A stretch of 64,000 nucleotides of DNA from an uncultured Flavobacteriales bacterium (lineage in GTDB: Bacteria > Bacteroidota > Bacteroidia > Flavobacteriales_D > Crocinitomicaceae). A program made the translations under genes and the position numbers. Every line of letters begins with the position of its first letter. The first letter of the stretch is position 1. This document shows positions 56,529-64,000 of this stretch, in pieces. The notes beneath the pieces were generated by a model. It was given only the letters and a program-made list of their open reading frames with translations. It ran no database searches and was not told the DNA's origin. The stretch is from positions 7,245-71,244 of the forward strand of contig CAWUSK010000001.1 of NCBI GenBank assembly GCA_963925035.1, given 5' to 3'.

Positions 56529-57647
56529 ATGCAGTTTTCTGATGTTATTGGACAAAGTGAATTAAAAGCACAACTCATACACGAGGTTGTTGCGGATAAA
56601 ATAAGTCACGCTCAATTGTTCTTGGGAAAACCGGGGTACGGAACGCTACCTTTGGCTTTGGCATTCGTGCAATTTATTATGTGTGAAAACAATCTAGATT
56701 CCGACAGCTGCGGCATTTGTCCGTCTTGTCAAAAAAATCAAAAGCACCAACATCCAGATGTCCATTTTTCATTCCCAACAGTACAAGCAATTTCAAAAAC
56801 AGCATCTCCATTACTAAATGATTGGCGAGAACAGCTTTCTGAAACACCTTATTTCGATTTGAATTCGTGGATAAAAAAATCGGACGATAAAGAACGAAAA
56901 CCAATCATTAGTGTACACGAAAGTCAAGAAATAATAAAAAAACTGTCTCTTCGATCATACGAAGGAGGGTATAAAGTAATGGTTATTTGGCAACCCGAAG
57001 AAATGAATATTTCTTGTGCCAATAAATTGCTAAAAATATTAGAAGAGCCACCAGCCAGAACGCTCTTTATTCTTGTGGCTGAGTCGCATGAGAAAATGTT
57101 ACAAACGATTTTATCTAGAACACAAACATTAATTGTACCTCGCCTTAAATTAGAAGATGTATCAGGAACATTGGTTGAAAAGATGCATTTCGGTCGAGAT
57201 TATGCAGAAAGTATTGCGGCGCGTTCTGATGGAGATTTAATTGAATCCTCAGATATTGCATCGAACAGTGCTGAAAAAAATGAAAACTATCACCAATTCA
57301 CTCAATTGATGCGTGTTTGTTACAAAAAAAATGTAATAGACATGATGGATTGGGGAGATTCCATTTCAAACCGCAGCAAAGAAGGCCAAAAGGAATTTTT
57401 GAAATATGCGCTTCATATGTTTCGACAAAGTATTTTGCGGAATTATACCGAGAATCATTTGACACGTGTTTCACAAGATGAAGATGGTTTTTTAGGAAAT
57501 TTTTCAAAATTCATCACAGGAAATAATATCCAAGATTTTTTCACATCCTTCAACGATGCGCACTATTATTTAGAACGAAATGCTAACAGTAAAATATTGT
57601 TTACCAACCTCTGCTTTCAAGTAATGCGCTTCATTCATGCGGCATAA
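56529..57647 (+). CDS. holB: DNA polymerase III subunit delta-prime
   Basis: AAA+ clamp-loader fold: HAQLFLGKPGYG (degenerate P-loop), zinc module CGICPSCQK, SRTQ sensor motif. The ATG at 56529 (MQFSDVIGQ) is preferred over the TTG in the track. Confidence 0.85.
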   Translation: MQFSDVIGQSELKAQLIHEVVADKISHAQLFLGKPGYGTLPLALAFVQFIMCENNLDSDSCGICPSCQKNQKHQHPDVHFSFPTVQAISKTASPLLNDWREQLSETPYFDLNSWIKKSDDKERKPIISVHESQEIIKKLSLRSYEGGYKVMVIWQPEEMNISCANKLLKILEEPPARTLFILVAESHEKMLQTILSRTQTLIVPRLKLEDVSGTLVEKMHFGRDYAESIAARSDGDLIESSDIASNSAEKNENYHQFTQLMRVCYKKNVIDMMDWGDSISNRSKEGQKEFLKYALHMFRQSILRNYTENHLTRVSQDEDGFLGNFSKFITGNNIQDFFTSFNDAHYYLERNANSKILFTNLCFQVMRFIHAA

Positions 57648-57746
57648 TTACAAGTTGTTAAAAGTCGACCGTTAACTCTATCATTTCCGAATATAAATTA
57701 CCTTTAATTTTATGTGTACTTTTATGATTAAAGTAAAGAATAAACT

Positions 57747-59057
57747 ATGGGATGTAGCAGTTGTGGATCAGGAGGAACCCCGGGAGGTTGTAAAAACAAT
57801 GGAAACTGCAGCTCTGGAGGATGTAGTAAACTAGAAGTTTACGATTGGTTGGCAAACGTCGCGTTGCCAAGTGGTCAAAAACCTTTTGATATTGTCGAAA
57901 TTCGATTTAAAAATAGTCGTAAAGAGTTTTATAAAAATACAAAGGAGATTAAACTTCAAACAGGAGATGTTGTTGTAGTTGACGGTGCTCCAGGATATGA
58001 TGTTGGTGTAATTTCAGTAATCGGTGAGCTTGCAAGAATTCAAGTGTCTAAAAAAGCCCCGGGATTTAAACATTCAGAAGCTAAAAAAATCAAGAAAATA
58101 GCAGAACAAGACGATATTGATAATTGGATTAAAGCGCGTTCTCTTGAAAAAGAAGTGATGTATAAAGCACGAACGATTGCGGTAAACCTAAGCCTTCAAA
58201 TGAAGATTTCTGATGTTGAATATCAAGGAGATTTATCAAAAGCAACTTTTTACTATACTGCCGAAGGCCGTGTAGATTTTAGACAATTGATTCGTGACAT
58301 GGCGGATGAATTCAAAATTCGTGTTGAAATGAAGCAAATTGGTTCGCGCCAAGAAGCTTCTCGTTTAGGTGGAATTGGTTCTTGCGGTAGGGAGTTGTGC
58401 TGTTCAACATGGCTTACGGACTTTAGATCTGTTTCTACTTCGGCAGCACGTTATCAACAACTTTCTCTGAATCCTCAAAAACTAGCGGGACAATGCGGTA
58501 AATTAAAGTGTTGTTTGAATTATGAATTAGATTCATACTTGGATGCATTAAAAGCATTTCCAAAAGGGGATTTGAAACTGCGCACAGAAAAAGGCACAGC
58601 AACATATATTAAGACAGATGTCTTCAGACAACAAATGTGGTATGCATACGATGGTGATAAAACCCAAGGGTCAACTCTTGTTTCCTTAGGTCCAGAAAGA
58701 GTTCGTGAAATCATAAAACTGAATAAGGACGGAAAAAAACCAAATGATTTGATGGAGTACGTTGTCAAAGAAAAGGTGGAAGTTCCTGCTTATGCAAACG
58801 TTGATGGGCAAGATAGTTTAGATCGTTTTACACATACTTTTAAGAAACAAAAGAAGCGTCCTTCAAAAAACAATAAGCCGAAACAAAAAACATCGGCAGA
58901 AGGAACGGAAAAGAAACCGACGAAGGTAAATCCGACGAATAAGACCGGAGAAAATCAAGCGACAAAGAAAAAAAGAAACAATAATAAGCGCCGCCCAAAC
59001 CCAAATAGCAACCCAAATAGCAACCCGAATAATTCTCAGAACAATGATGCGAAATAG
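57747..59057 (+). CDS. PSP1 domain protein (RicT/YaaT-like) with Cys-rich N-terminus and basic low-complexity C-terminal tail
   Basis: PSP1 core (ATFYYTAEGRVDFRQLIRDMADEFKIRVEMKQIG, GSCGRELCCSTWL, GQCGKLKCCLNYE). N-terminal MGCSSCGSGGTPGGCKNNGNCSSGGC. Tail rich in Lys, Asn and Pro. Confidence 0.88.
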   Translation: MGCSSCGSGGTPGGCKNNGNCSSGGCSKLEVYDWLANVALPSGQKPFDIVEIRFKNSRKEFYKNTKEIKLQTGDVVVVDGAPGYDVGVISVIGELARIQVSKKAPGFKHSEAKKIKKIAEQDDIDNWIKARSLEKEVMYKARTIAVNLSLQMKISDVEYQGDLSKATFYYTAEGRVDFRQLIRDMADEFKIRVEMKQIGSRQEASRLGGIGSCGRELCCSTWLTDFRSVSTSAARYQQLSLNPQKLAGQCGKLKCCLNYELDSYLDALKAFPKGDLKLRTEKGTATYIKTDVFRQQMWYAYDGDKTQGSTLVSLGPERVREIIKLNKDGKKPNDLMEYVVKEKVEVPAYANVDGQDSLDRFTHTFKKQKKRPSKNNKPKQKTSAEGTEKKPTKVNPTNKTGENQATKKKRNNNKRRPNPNSNPNSNPNNSQNNDAK

Positions 59058-59508
59058 TTGGCTGTTTATTGGCTTGATATCCATTTGCTTTTCATGTGGC
59101 AAAACTCCTTTTTATGAAAAAGCTGTCTCTTTTGAAGGTAAAGAATGGACGCGTAATTTAAAGCCGTCCTTTAGTTTTGACATAAAAAACATTGAGCAAG
59201 AATATGATTTCACGCTTTCGTTAAGAACAACAACAGATTATAAGTACAGTAATTTATGGATTTTTCTTAAAACCATAGCTCCAGATGGAACTTCAGCTCG
59301 TGAACCCTTCGAAATTGTTTTAGCAAATCCTGATGGATCATGGGTGGGAAATAGATCTGGAACTATCGTGGAAACTCCACTTTCTTTTACAAAGCGGAAA
59401 TTGCCGCTTAAAGGAAAATACAAATTCATTGTTGAACAAGGTATTACCAATTCTGAAGTTGATGAAGTTTTAGATATAAGCTTTATCGTTGAAACTTCTA
59501 CTAATTGA
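59044..59508 (+). CDS. gldH: gliding motility lipoprotein GldH
   Basis: 154 aa with lipobox ICFSCG. The blocks FEGKEWTRN, YSNLWIFL and PDGSW match my recollection of GldH. Overlaps the PSP1 gene by 14 nt. Confidence 0.85.
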   Translation: MMRNSWLFIGLISICFSCGKTPFYEKAVSFEGKEWTRNLKPSFSFDIKNIEQEYDFTLSLRTTTDYKYSNLWIFLKTIAPDGTSAREPFEIVLANPDGSWVGNRSGTIVETPLSFTKRKLPLKGKYKFIVEQGITNSEVDEVLDISFIVETSTN

Positions 59509-60166
59509 TTTTATAAGCATAAGAAATAGACAATACATGTCTTGCTCCTAGTGAGTAGGCATCTGTCTTTTTATCCAATTGATACTTAAAACTCACGCTG
59601 TGAGGGTCGTCAAGTTCTAATTTCATTCCAATGGTAAATCGAACTTTAGCAAACCTAAAACCTTTAGGACTGTACGCAGGATTGTAAAAAAGTTCAGCAC
59701 CAACTACTGGATTAAAGATACTTCCTTTAATGTCATACTCCACTTCCGGCTTTAAACGAATTGCTTGATCAAATTCAGCATCATAGTCACTAGAACGAGC
59801 GCTATTAAAGGAATACTGGTAACGCAGTCGCGTTTCAAAAATAAATCGTTTTACAGATGTTTTAAACTCCCCGTTAATGTTTATTCTGTTCGAAAGTTTA
59901 TAATTCCCATATTTGTTTTGATCAATAACCAATCGATAATCTAACGAAGGTCTAAACCATTTTGTCAGTTTATACTCAAATCCAATTGACGGGAAAAATG
60001 TCTCAACCTTACCGTTGGCAAAGCGTGCATTTAAATCCGTGGACCATTTTATCTTTTTGGTAAATTCTCCTTTTAATCCTAATTCGGACCACACAGCGAA
60101 TTCGTTTTGAGAAAAAGAAAAAGTTTGAACCCCGATAATTAACAAGAAACAGAAGAAAATTCTCAT
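59501..60166 (-). CDS. outer-membrane beta-barrel protein (DUF2490-like, tentative)
   Basis: Signal peptide MRIFFCFLLIIGVQTFSFSQ, alternating beta-strand pattern, C-terminal aromatic residue context. Confidence 0.6.
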   Translation of the reverse strand: MRIFFCFLLIIGVQTFSFSQNEFAVWSELGLKGEFTKKIKWSTDLNARFANGKVETFFPSIGFEYKLTKWFRPSLDYRLVIDQNKYGNYKLSNRININGEFKTSVKRFIFETRLRYQYSFNSARSSDYDAEFDQAIRLKPEVEYDIKGSIFNPVVGAELFYNPAYSPKGFRFAKVRFTIGMKLELDDPHSVSFKYQLDKKTDAYSLGARHVLSISYAYKIN

Positions 60167-60555
60167 TTAATGATCGTTATCGTTCCTAAATCAACCGTCG
60201 ATTTTTTATCCGTGATTTCAACATGGTATAATAAAACTTGTTTACCGCTTGGACAAGAATTACAATCTTCATACAAAAAAACAGTGTAATTTCCTTTTTC
60301 CAATCCGGTAAATTTGAACGTTCCATCGTAAGATGTTTTTACATCATCATCAAACGATTCTCCTTCAGAACCGTACACAATAAATACGTCTTCTTTCTGT
60401 GCATAATATTCGGAAATAGTCGCTCCCGCAGCATTTTTGTCAATTATATAAACTGACCCTTGAATCGAAGAAGAACCTCCTGGCCCTTCAATTTTTTCAC
60501 ATGAGGACAAAGCCAACACGATAAAACAAGCAAGAAATAAAGTAATGGATTTCAT
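60163..60555 (-). CDS. small lipoprotein with Ig-like/carboxypeptidase-regulatory-like features
   Basis: Lipobox LALSSC. GSVYIID...DGTFKFTGLEKGNYTVFL resembles CarboxypepD_reg-type beta sandwiches. ATGA overlap with the downstream barrel gene. Confidence 0.6.
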   Translation of the reverse strand: MKSITLFLACFIVLALSSCEKIEGPGGSSSIQGSVYIIDKNAAGATISEYYAQKEDVFIVYGSEGESFDDDVKTSYDGTFKFTGLEKGNYTVFLYEDCNSCPSGKQVLLYHVEITDKKSTVDLGTITIIK

Positions 60556-60697
60556 AAAAACGAATAAATTTATTTTATTTATAACTATAGCAATGCAACC
60601 ATTGTATTAGTTATTTCGTTACGAATATACAATATTGATGTAATATTTATTAATATTGATAAAATCCATTGATAAAAAAATAACTCTTGCTGAAATT

Positions 60698-63682
60698 ATG
60701 AGACAAATGCGACTAATAAAAAACTGCTTTTTGATGTTGATATTATCTGCATCAATGACGACAAATGCTCAAATTGTAATTAATGAGTATTCGTGTTCTA
60801 ACATGACGGGAATTACGGACAACTTTGGTGAGCGTGAAGATTGGATAGAACTTTGGAATTCAACTGGTGCAGCAATAGATTTAACTGGTTATTATTTATC
60901 TGATAAAGCGTCAAACCTTACAAAATGGCAAGTCCCAAGTGGTTCTATCCCTGCAAATGGATTTAAAGTGATTATTGCATCGAAACGTGATTTGGTCAAT
61001 GGGACTCAATTACACCCTAACTTTAACCTTAAACAAACGAAAGGTGAATGGATTATCTTAACCAACCCATTAGGAAATGTAATGGATTCAATAAAAATTG
61101 TTCACATGACCAAAGCGGACCATTCCGTGGGACGTCAAACAAATGGCGCAGTAGCTTGGAAATTATTTACAACTCCCACACCAAATTCCAATAACGTTGG
61201 CGCACAAAACTTTTATGAGCCAAAACCAGTAATGAGTTTAGCGCCTGGGTTTTACCCTGGACCGCAATCTGTTACGATCACATGCTCTAATCCGGCAGCA
61301 ACTATAAGATACACTACAAATGGTGCTGATCCAACGGTCGCATCGACTATCTATACGGGGCCAATTGCTATAAATGCAACCACAGTCCTTCGAGCTGCTG
61401 CATTCGGAACTGATCTAACAAGTTTTAATGAAACGAACACTTATTTTATCAATGTAAACCATACAGTACCAATTGTTTCTGTTTGTAGTAATCAGGTTTT
61501 TGCATTAGTTGCAAACGGCCAACAAAATTCTCCAGCGAACAAAATAGGTGCCTTCGAACTTTTTGAGCAAGACGGAACGTTTATTGATGAAGGTGAAGGA
61601 AACTTTAATAAACACGGAAACGATTCTTGGGCATACCCGCAGCGTGGTTTTGACTTTATTATGCGCGATCAATTTGGTTATAACTCAGAAGTCGGTCATC
61701 AAATCTTTTTGGATAAAGACAGAGATGAGTTTCAACGATTGATTTTAAAGCCTGGTGCAAGTGATAATTATCCTTTCGAAAACGGAGGTGCGCACATTAG
61801 AGATGGTTTTGTTCATACATTATCAATCAGAGCGGACATGCTGTTGGATGAAAGAACCTATAGGCCATGTGTAGTCTATTTAAATGGTCAATATTGGGGA
61901 GTTTATGAAATTCGAGAAAAAGCAGATGATCATGATTACACTGACCATTACTTTCAACAGGATAAATACAATTTACAATATTTAAAAACTTGGGGAGGAA
62001 CTTGGCAAGAATATGGTGCTCCGAATGCTCAGCCCGATTGGGATGCATTGGTTAACTTTATTATGACTAATAACATGGCTCCAGGACCAAATTTTGATTA
62101 CGTCACTTCTCAGTTAAAATGGGCTTCATTATGTGACTATTTTATGTTCAATTCTTATGTTGTAAATCAAGATTGGTTGAACTGGAATACAGCTTGGTGG
62201 AGGGGAATGGATCCTGCCGGTCAAAAAACAAAGTGGCGCTATACACTCTGGGACATGGATGCAACCTTTGGTCATTATGTAAATTATACTGGAATTCCAG
62301 ATGCTTCTGCAAATGCTGACCCTTGTAACGCCGAAAACCTACCAGACCCCGGGGGACAAGGGCATACTGATATCCTTGAGAAGTTAATAAATGAAAATCC
62401 AATTGTTGAGCAATACTATGTGACTCGATACATTGATTTAGTGAACACACATTTTTCATGTGATTACATGATTACGCTGCTCGACAGTATGGTCAACGAA
62501 ATTGCTCCGGAAATGCAAGGTCACGTTAATAAATGGGGTGGTTCAGTTGCTGGTTGGCAAAACAATGTACAGACTCTAAGAGATTTTATTAATGACCGTT
62601 GTTTAGCTTTAGAAGCTGGACTAATTGGTTGTTATGATTTAACTGGACCATTCGATGTTTCTTTCGATGTAAACCCAGTGAATTCTGGTGAAATTAAAGT
62701 GAATTCCGTGTGGGCCCCAAGTTATCCTTGGGTAACACAATACTATGGTGGAATTGAAACGTTGACGTTGGCAAAACCAAATACCGGTTATATTTTCGAC
62801 CATTGGGAATACTCTGTTGGTCCAATGACAAGTCCTGATGCTGAAGATACGAACGGAATTATGGTCTTAGTTCCTGAGAATGTAGTTGCCTTTTTTATTC
62901 CTGACAACCCTGATTTAGATGGAGATGGAATATCAAACGATGATGAAACTAACATTTACGGAACAGATCCACAAAATCCGGATACGGACGGTGACGGAAT
63001 AAATGACGGTGATGAAATTACAAATGGTTCTGACCCTCTTGATCCGTGTGATCCAAGTGATTCAAATTGTGATGCCGATGGTGATGGATTAACCAATATT
63101 GACGAAACAAACATTTATGGAACCGACCCTAATAATCCTGATACTGACAATGACGGAATTAATGATGGTGACGAAATAACAAATGGTTCTGACCCTCTAA
63201 ACCCATGTGACCCAGATGACTCTGCAGCAATTTGCCAAATCGATACTGACGGAGATGGATTAACTGATGCATACGAGGGTGTTCTTGGAACAGATCCAAA
63301 CAATCCTGATACTGATGGTGATGGAATAAATGACGGTGATGAAGTTGCTAACGGTACAAACCCATTAGATCCTTGTGACCCAAATTCTACCGGAGCTGAA
63401 TGTATAAATGGAGTTCATATTCCAACTGGGTTTTCTCCAAACGGTGACGGAAACAATGAAACTTACTCAATTATTGTTGGGAAGGACGTTAGTAGCTTTA
63501 AGTTCTTTATTTACGATCGTTGGGGTAACAAAATGTTTTCTAGCGATGCAAAAGGATTCGAATGGGATGGAAGTTACCACGCCGAAGATTGTAACGCTGG
63601 GGTTTACCCGTATATGATGGAAGTTGTTTATATTGATGGTTCTTCAGAATTACGTTCTGGTAATATAACTTTATTGAAGTAA
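60698..63682 (+). CDS. secreted multi-domain protein: LTD + chitobiase/FN3-associated-like module + CotH kinase-like domain + thrombospondin type 3 repeats + type B T9SS C-terminal domain
   Basis: Signal peptide [28 protein letters not shown] signature [10 protein letters not shown]...DWIELWNST...GYYLSD. CotH-like core ([37 protein letters not shown]). Three DxDxDGxxDxxE repeat units. C-terminal [16 protein letters not shown]...[12 protein letters not shown]...WDG...GVYPY pattern of the gliding-motility-associated (type B) CTD. Confidence 0.85.
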   Translation: MRQMRLIKNCFLMLILSASMTTNAQIVINEYSCSNMTGITDNFGEREDWIELWNSTGAAIDLTGYYLSDKASNLTKWQVPSGSIPANGFKVIIASKRDLVNGTQLHPNFNLKQTKGEWIILTNPLGNVMDSIKIVHMTKADHSVGRQTNGAVAWKLFTTPTPNSNNVGAQNFYEPKPVMSLAPGFYPGPQSVTITCSNPAATIRYTTNGADPTVASTIYTGPIAINATTVLRAAAFGTDLTSFNETNTYFINVNHTVPIVSVCSNQVFALVANGQQNSPANKIGAFELFEQDGTFIDEGEGNFNKHGNDSWAYPQRGFDFIMRDQFGYNSEVGHQIFLDKDRDEFQRLILKPGASDNYPFENGGAHIRDGFVHTLSIRADMLLDERTYRPCVVYLNGQYWGVYEIREKADDHDYTDHYFQQDKYNLQYLKTWGGTWQEYGAPNAQPDWDALVNFIMTNNMAPGPNFDYVTSQLKWASLCDYFMFNSYVVNQDWLNWNTAWWRGMDPAGQKTKWRYTLWDMDATFGHYVNYTGIPDASANADPCNAENLPDPGGQGHTDILEKLINENPIVEQYYVTRYIDLVNTHFSCDYMITLLDSMVNEIAPEMQGHVNKWGGSVAGWQNNVQTLRDFINDRCLALEAGLIGCYDLTGPFDVSFDVNPVNSGEIKVNSVWAPSYPWVTQYYGGIETLTLAKPNTGYIFDHWEYSVGPMTSPDAEDTNGIMVLVPENVVAFFIPDNPDLDGDGISNDDETNIYGTDPQNPDTDGDGINDGDEITNGSDPLDPCDPSDSNCDADGDGLTNIDETNIYGTDPNNPDTDNDGINDGDEITNGSDPLNPCDPDDSAAICQIDTDGDGLTDAYEGVLGTDPNNPDTDGDGINDGDEVANGTNPLDPCDPNSTGAECINGVHIPTGFSPNGDGNNETYSIIVGKDVSSFKFFIYDRWGNKMFSSDAKGFEWDGSYHAEDCNAGVYPYMMEVVYIDGSSELRSGNITLLK
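62912..63403 (+). repeat. three tandem in-frame units (159-171 bp) encoding thrombospondin type 3-like calcium-binding repeats
   Basis: Units start at 62912, 63071 and 63242. Each encodes D.DGDG...[28 protein letters not shown]. Confidence 0.85.
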
Positions 63683-63683
63683 A

Positions 63684-64000
63684 ATGAAAAAGCTCTTTTT
63701 CCTTATATCCTTTAGTTTTCTAAGTACTTGCGGTTTTACCCAAGACATACATTTTGCGCAATCTTCACAAACGCCGTTATTAATAAACCCAGGTGCAACT
63801 GGAGTTTATGATGGTTGGGAAAGGGTAATTATCAACCACAGGAATCAATGGCTTGGTGCGAACACTCAGTTTATGACTACAGCAATAGCTGCCGATGTCA
63901 ACTTCCTGAAAACTGAACGAAACAATAAACCACACCTTGGTTTAGGACTTTTCTTCTACAACGATATAGGTGGTGATTCCAAATTTGGTAATCAATCGGG
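63684..64000 (+). CDS. PorP/SprF family T9SS outer-membrane protein (N-terminal part; gene runs off the right edge)
   Basis: Own translation MKKLFFLISFSFLSTCGFTQDIHFAQSSQTPLLINPGATGVYDGWERVIINHRNQWLG...GLGLFFYNDIGGDSKFGNQS. The QD..F.Q....P...NP..TG and RNQW blocks are typical of PorP/SprF. Starts 1 nt after the CotH gene stop. Confidence 0.85.
   Translation, partial: MKKLFFLISFSFLSTCGFTQDIHFAQSSQTPLLINPGATGVYDGWERVIINHRNQWLGANTQFMTTAIAADVNFLKTERNNKPHLGLGLFFYNDIGGDSKFGNQS

Noticed and set aside
58998-59031. 12-bp microsatellite (aacccaaatagc x 2.8), considered as a phase-variation switch
   Set aside because: The unit length is a multiple of three, so slippage changes only the NPNS repeat number and cannot switch the frame on or off. 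It is mentioned only within the PSP1 finding.
62912-63403. Tandem 159-171-bp repeats considered as a non-coding satellite
   Set aside because: They are in frame and encode canonical calcium-binding DxDxDG units, so they are reported as a coding repeat.
1-64000. Looked for defence islands, prophage, integrases, restriction-modification, toxin-antitoxin pairs, CRISPR-Cas, rRNA and tRNA genes
   Set aside because: None is recognisable in the translations or the intergenic sequence. The only mobile-DNA signal is the pair of IS3 remnants.

Overview
Low-GC, densely coding chromosomal segment that looks like a Bacteroidota (Flavobacteriia-type) genome. Supporting evidence: gldH, several T9SS C-terminal sorting domains, a PorP/SprF gene, many TAnnTTTG -7 promoter boxes and no obvious Shine-Dalgarno sequences. 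I count about 60 protein genes and found no rRNA, tRNA, CRISPR array or intact mobile element. From left to right the window holds: a partial response regulator; a 15-kb co-directional run (purH, mreBCD-mrdA-rodA, a class A PBP, then scoA and scoB split by two paralogous 597-aa membrane proteins); a dus-like gene and small ORFs; a 7-kb minus-strand chain from kynU and kmo to yicC-gmk-nadD; hemL; an aminotransferase/omega-amidase pair; a T9SS cargo protein; yqaA, fbp, mfd; two glycosyltransferases; a minus-strand trio (lamin-tail-domain protein, LETM1-related protein, S8 peptidase with T9SS tail); asd; a DUF2911 and SUFU-like pair; dxr; marC; a racemase-GNAT pair; a small decay zone with two IS3 transposase remnants in opposite orientation around a pirin gene; usp; a DMT transporter; a Lys/Glu/Ala-rich coiled-coil secreted protein; holB, a PSP1 protein and gldH; and a 1000-aa LTD-CotH-thrombospondin-repeat protein with a type B T9SS tail followed 1 nt later by PorP/SprF. 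Most of the window is housekeeping. The best candidates for undescribed biology are the GT-C-like paralog pair inside scoAB, the LTD/LETM1-like/S8 cluster, the CotH cargo with its PorP/SprF partner, and several compact regulatory arrangements. All functional calls rest on motif recognition by eye in the supplied translations. No database search was run.
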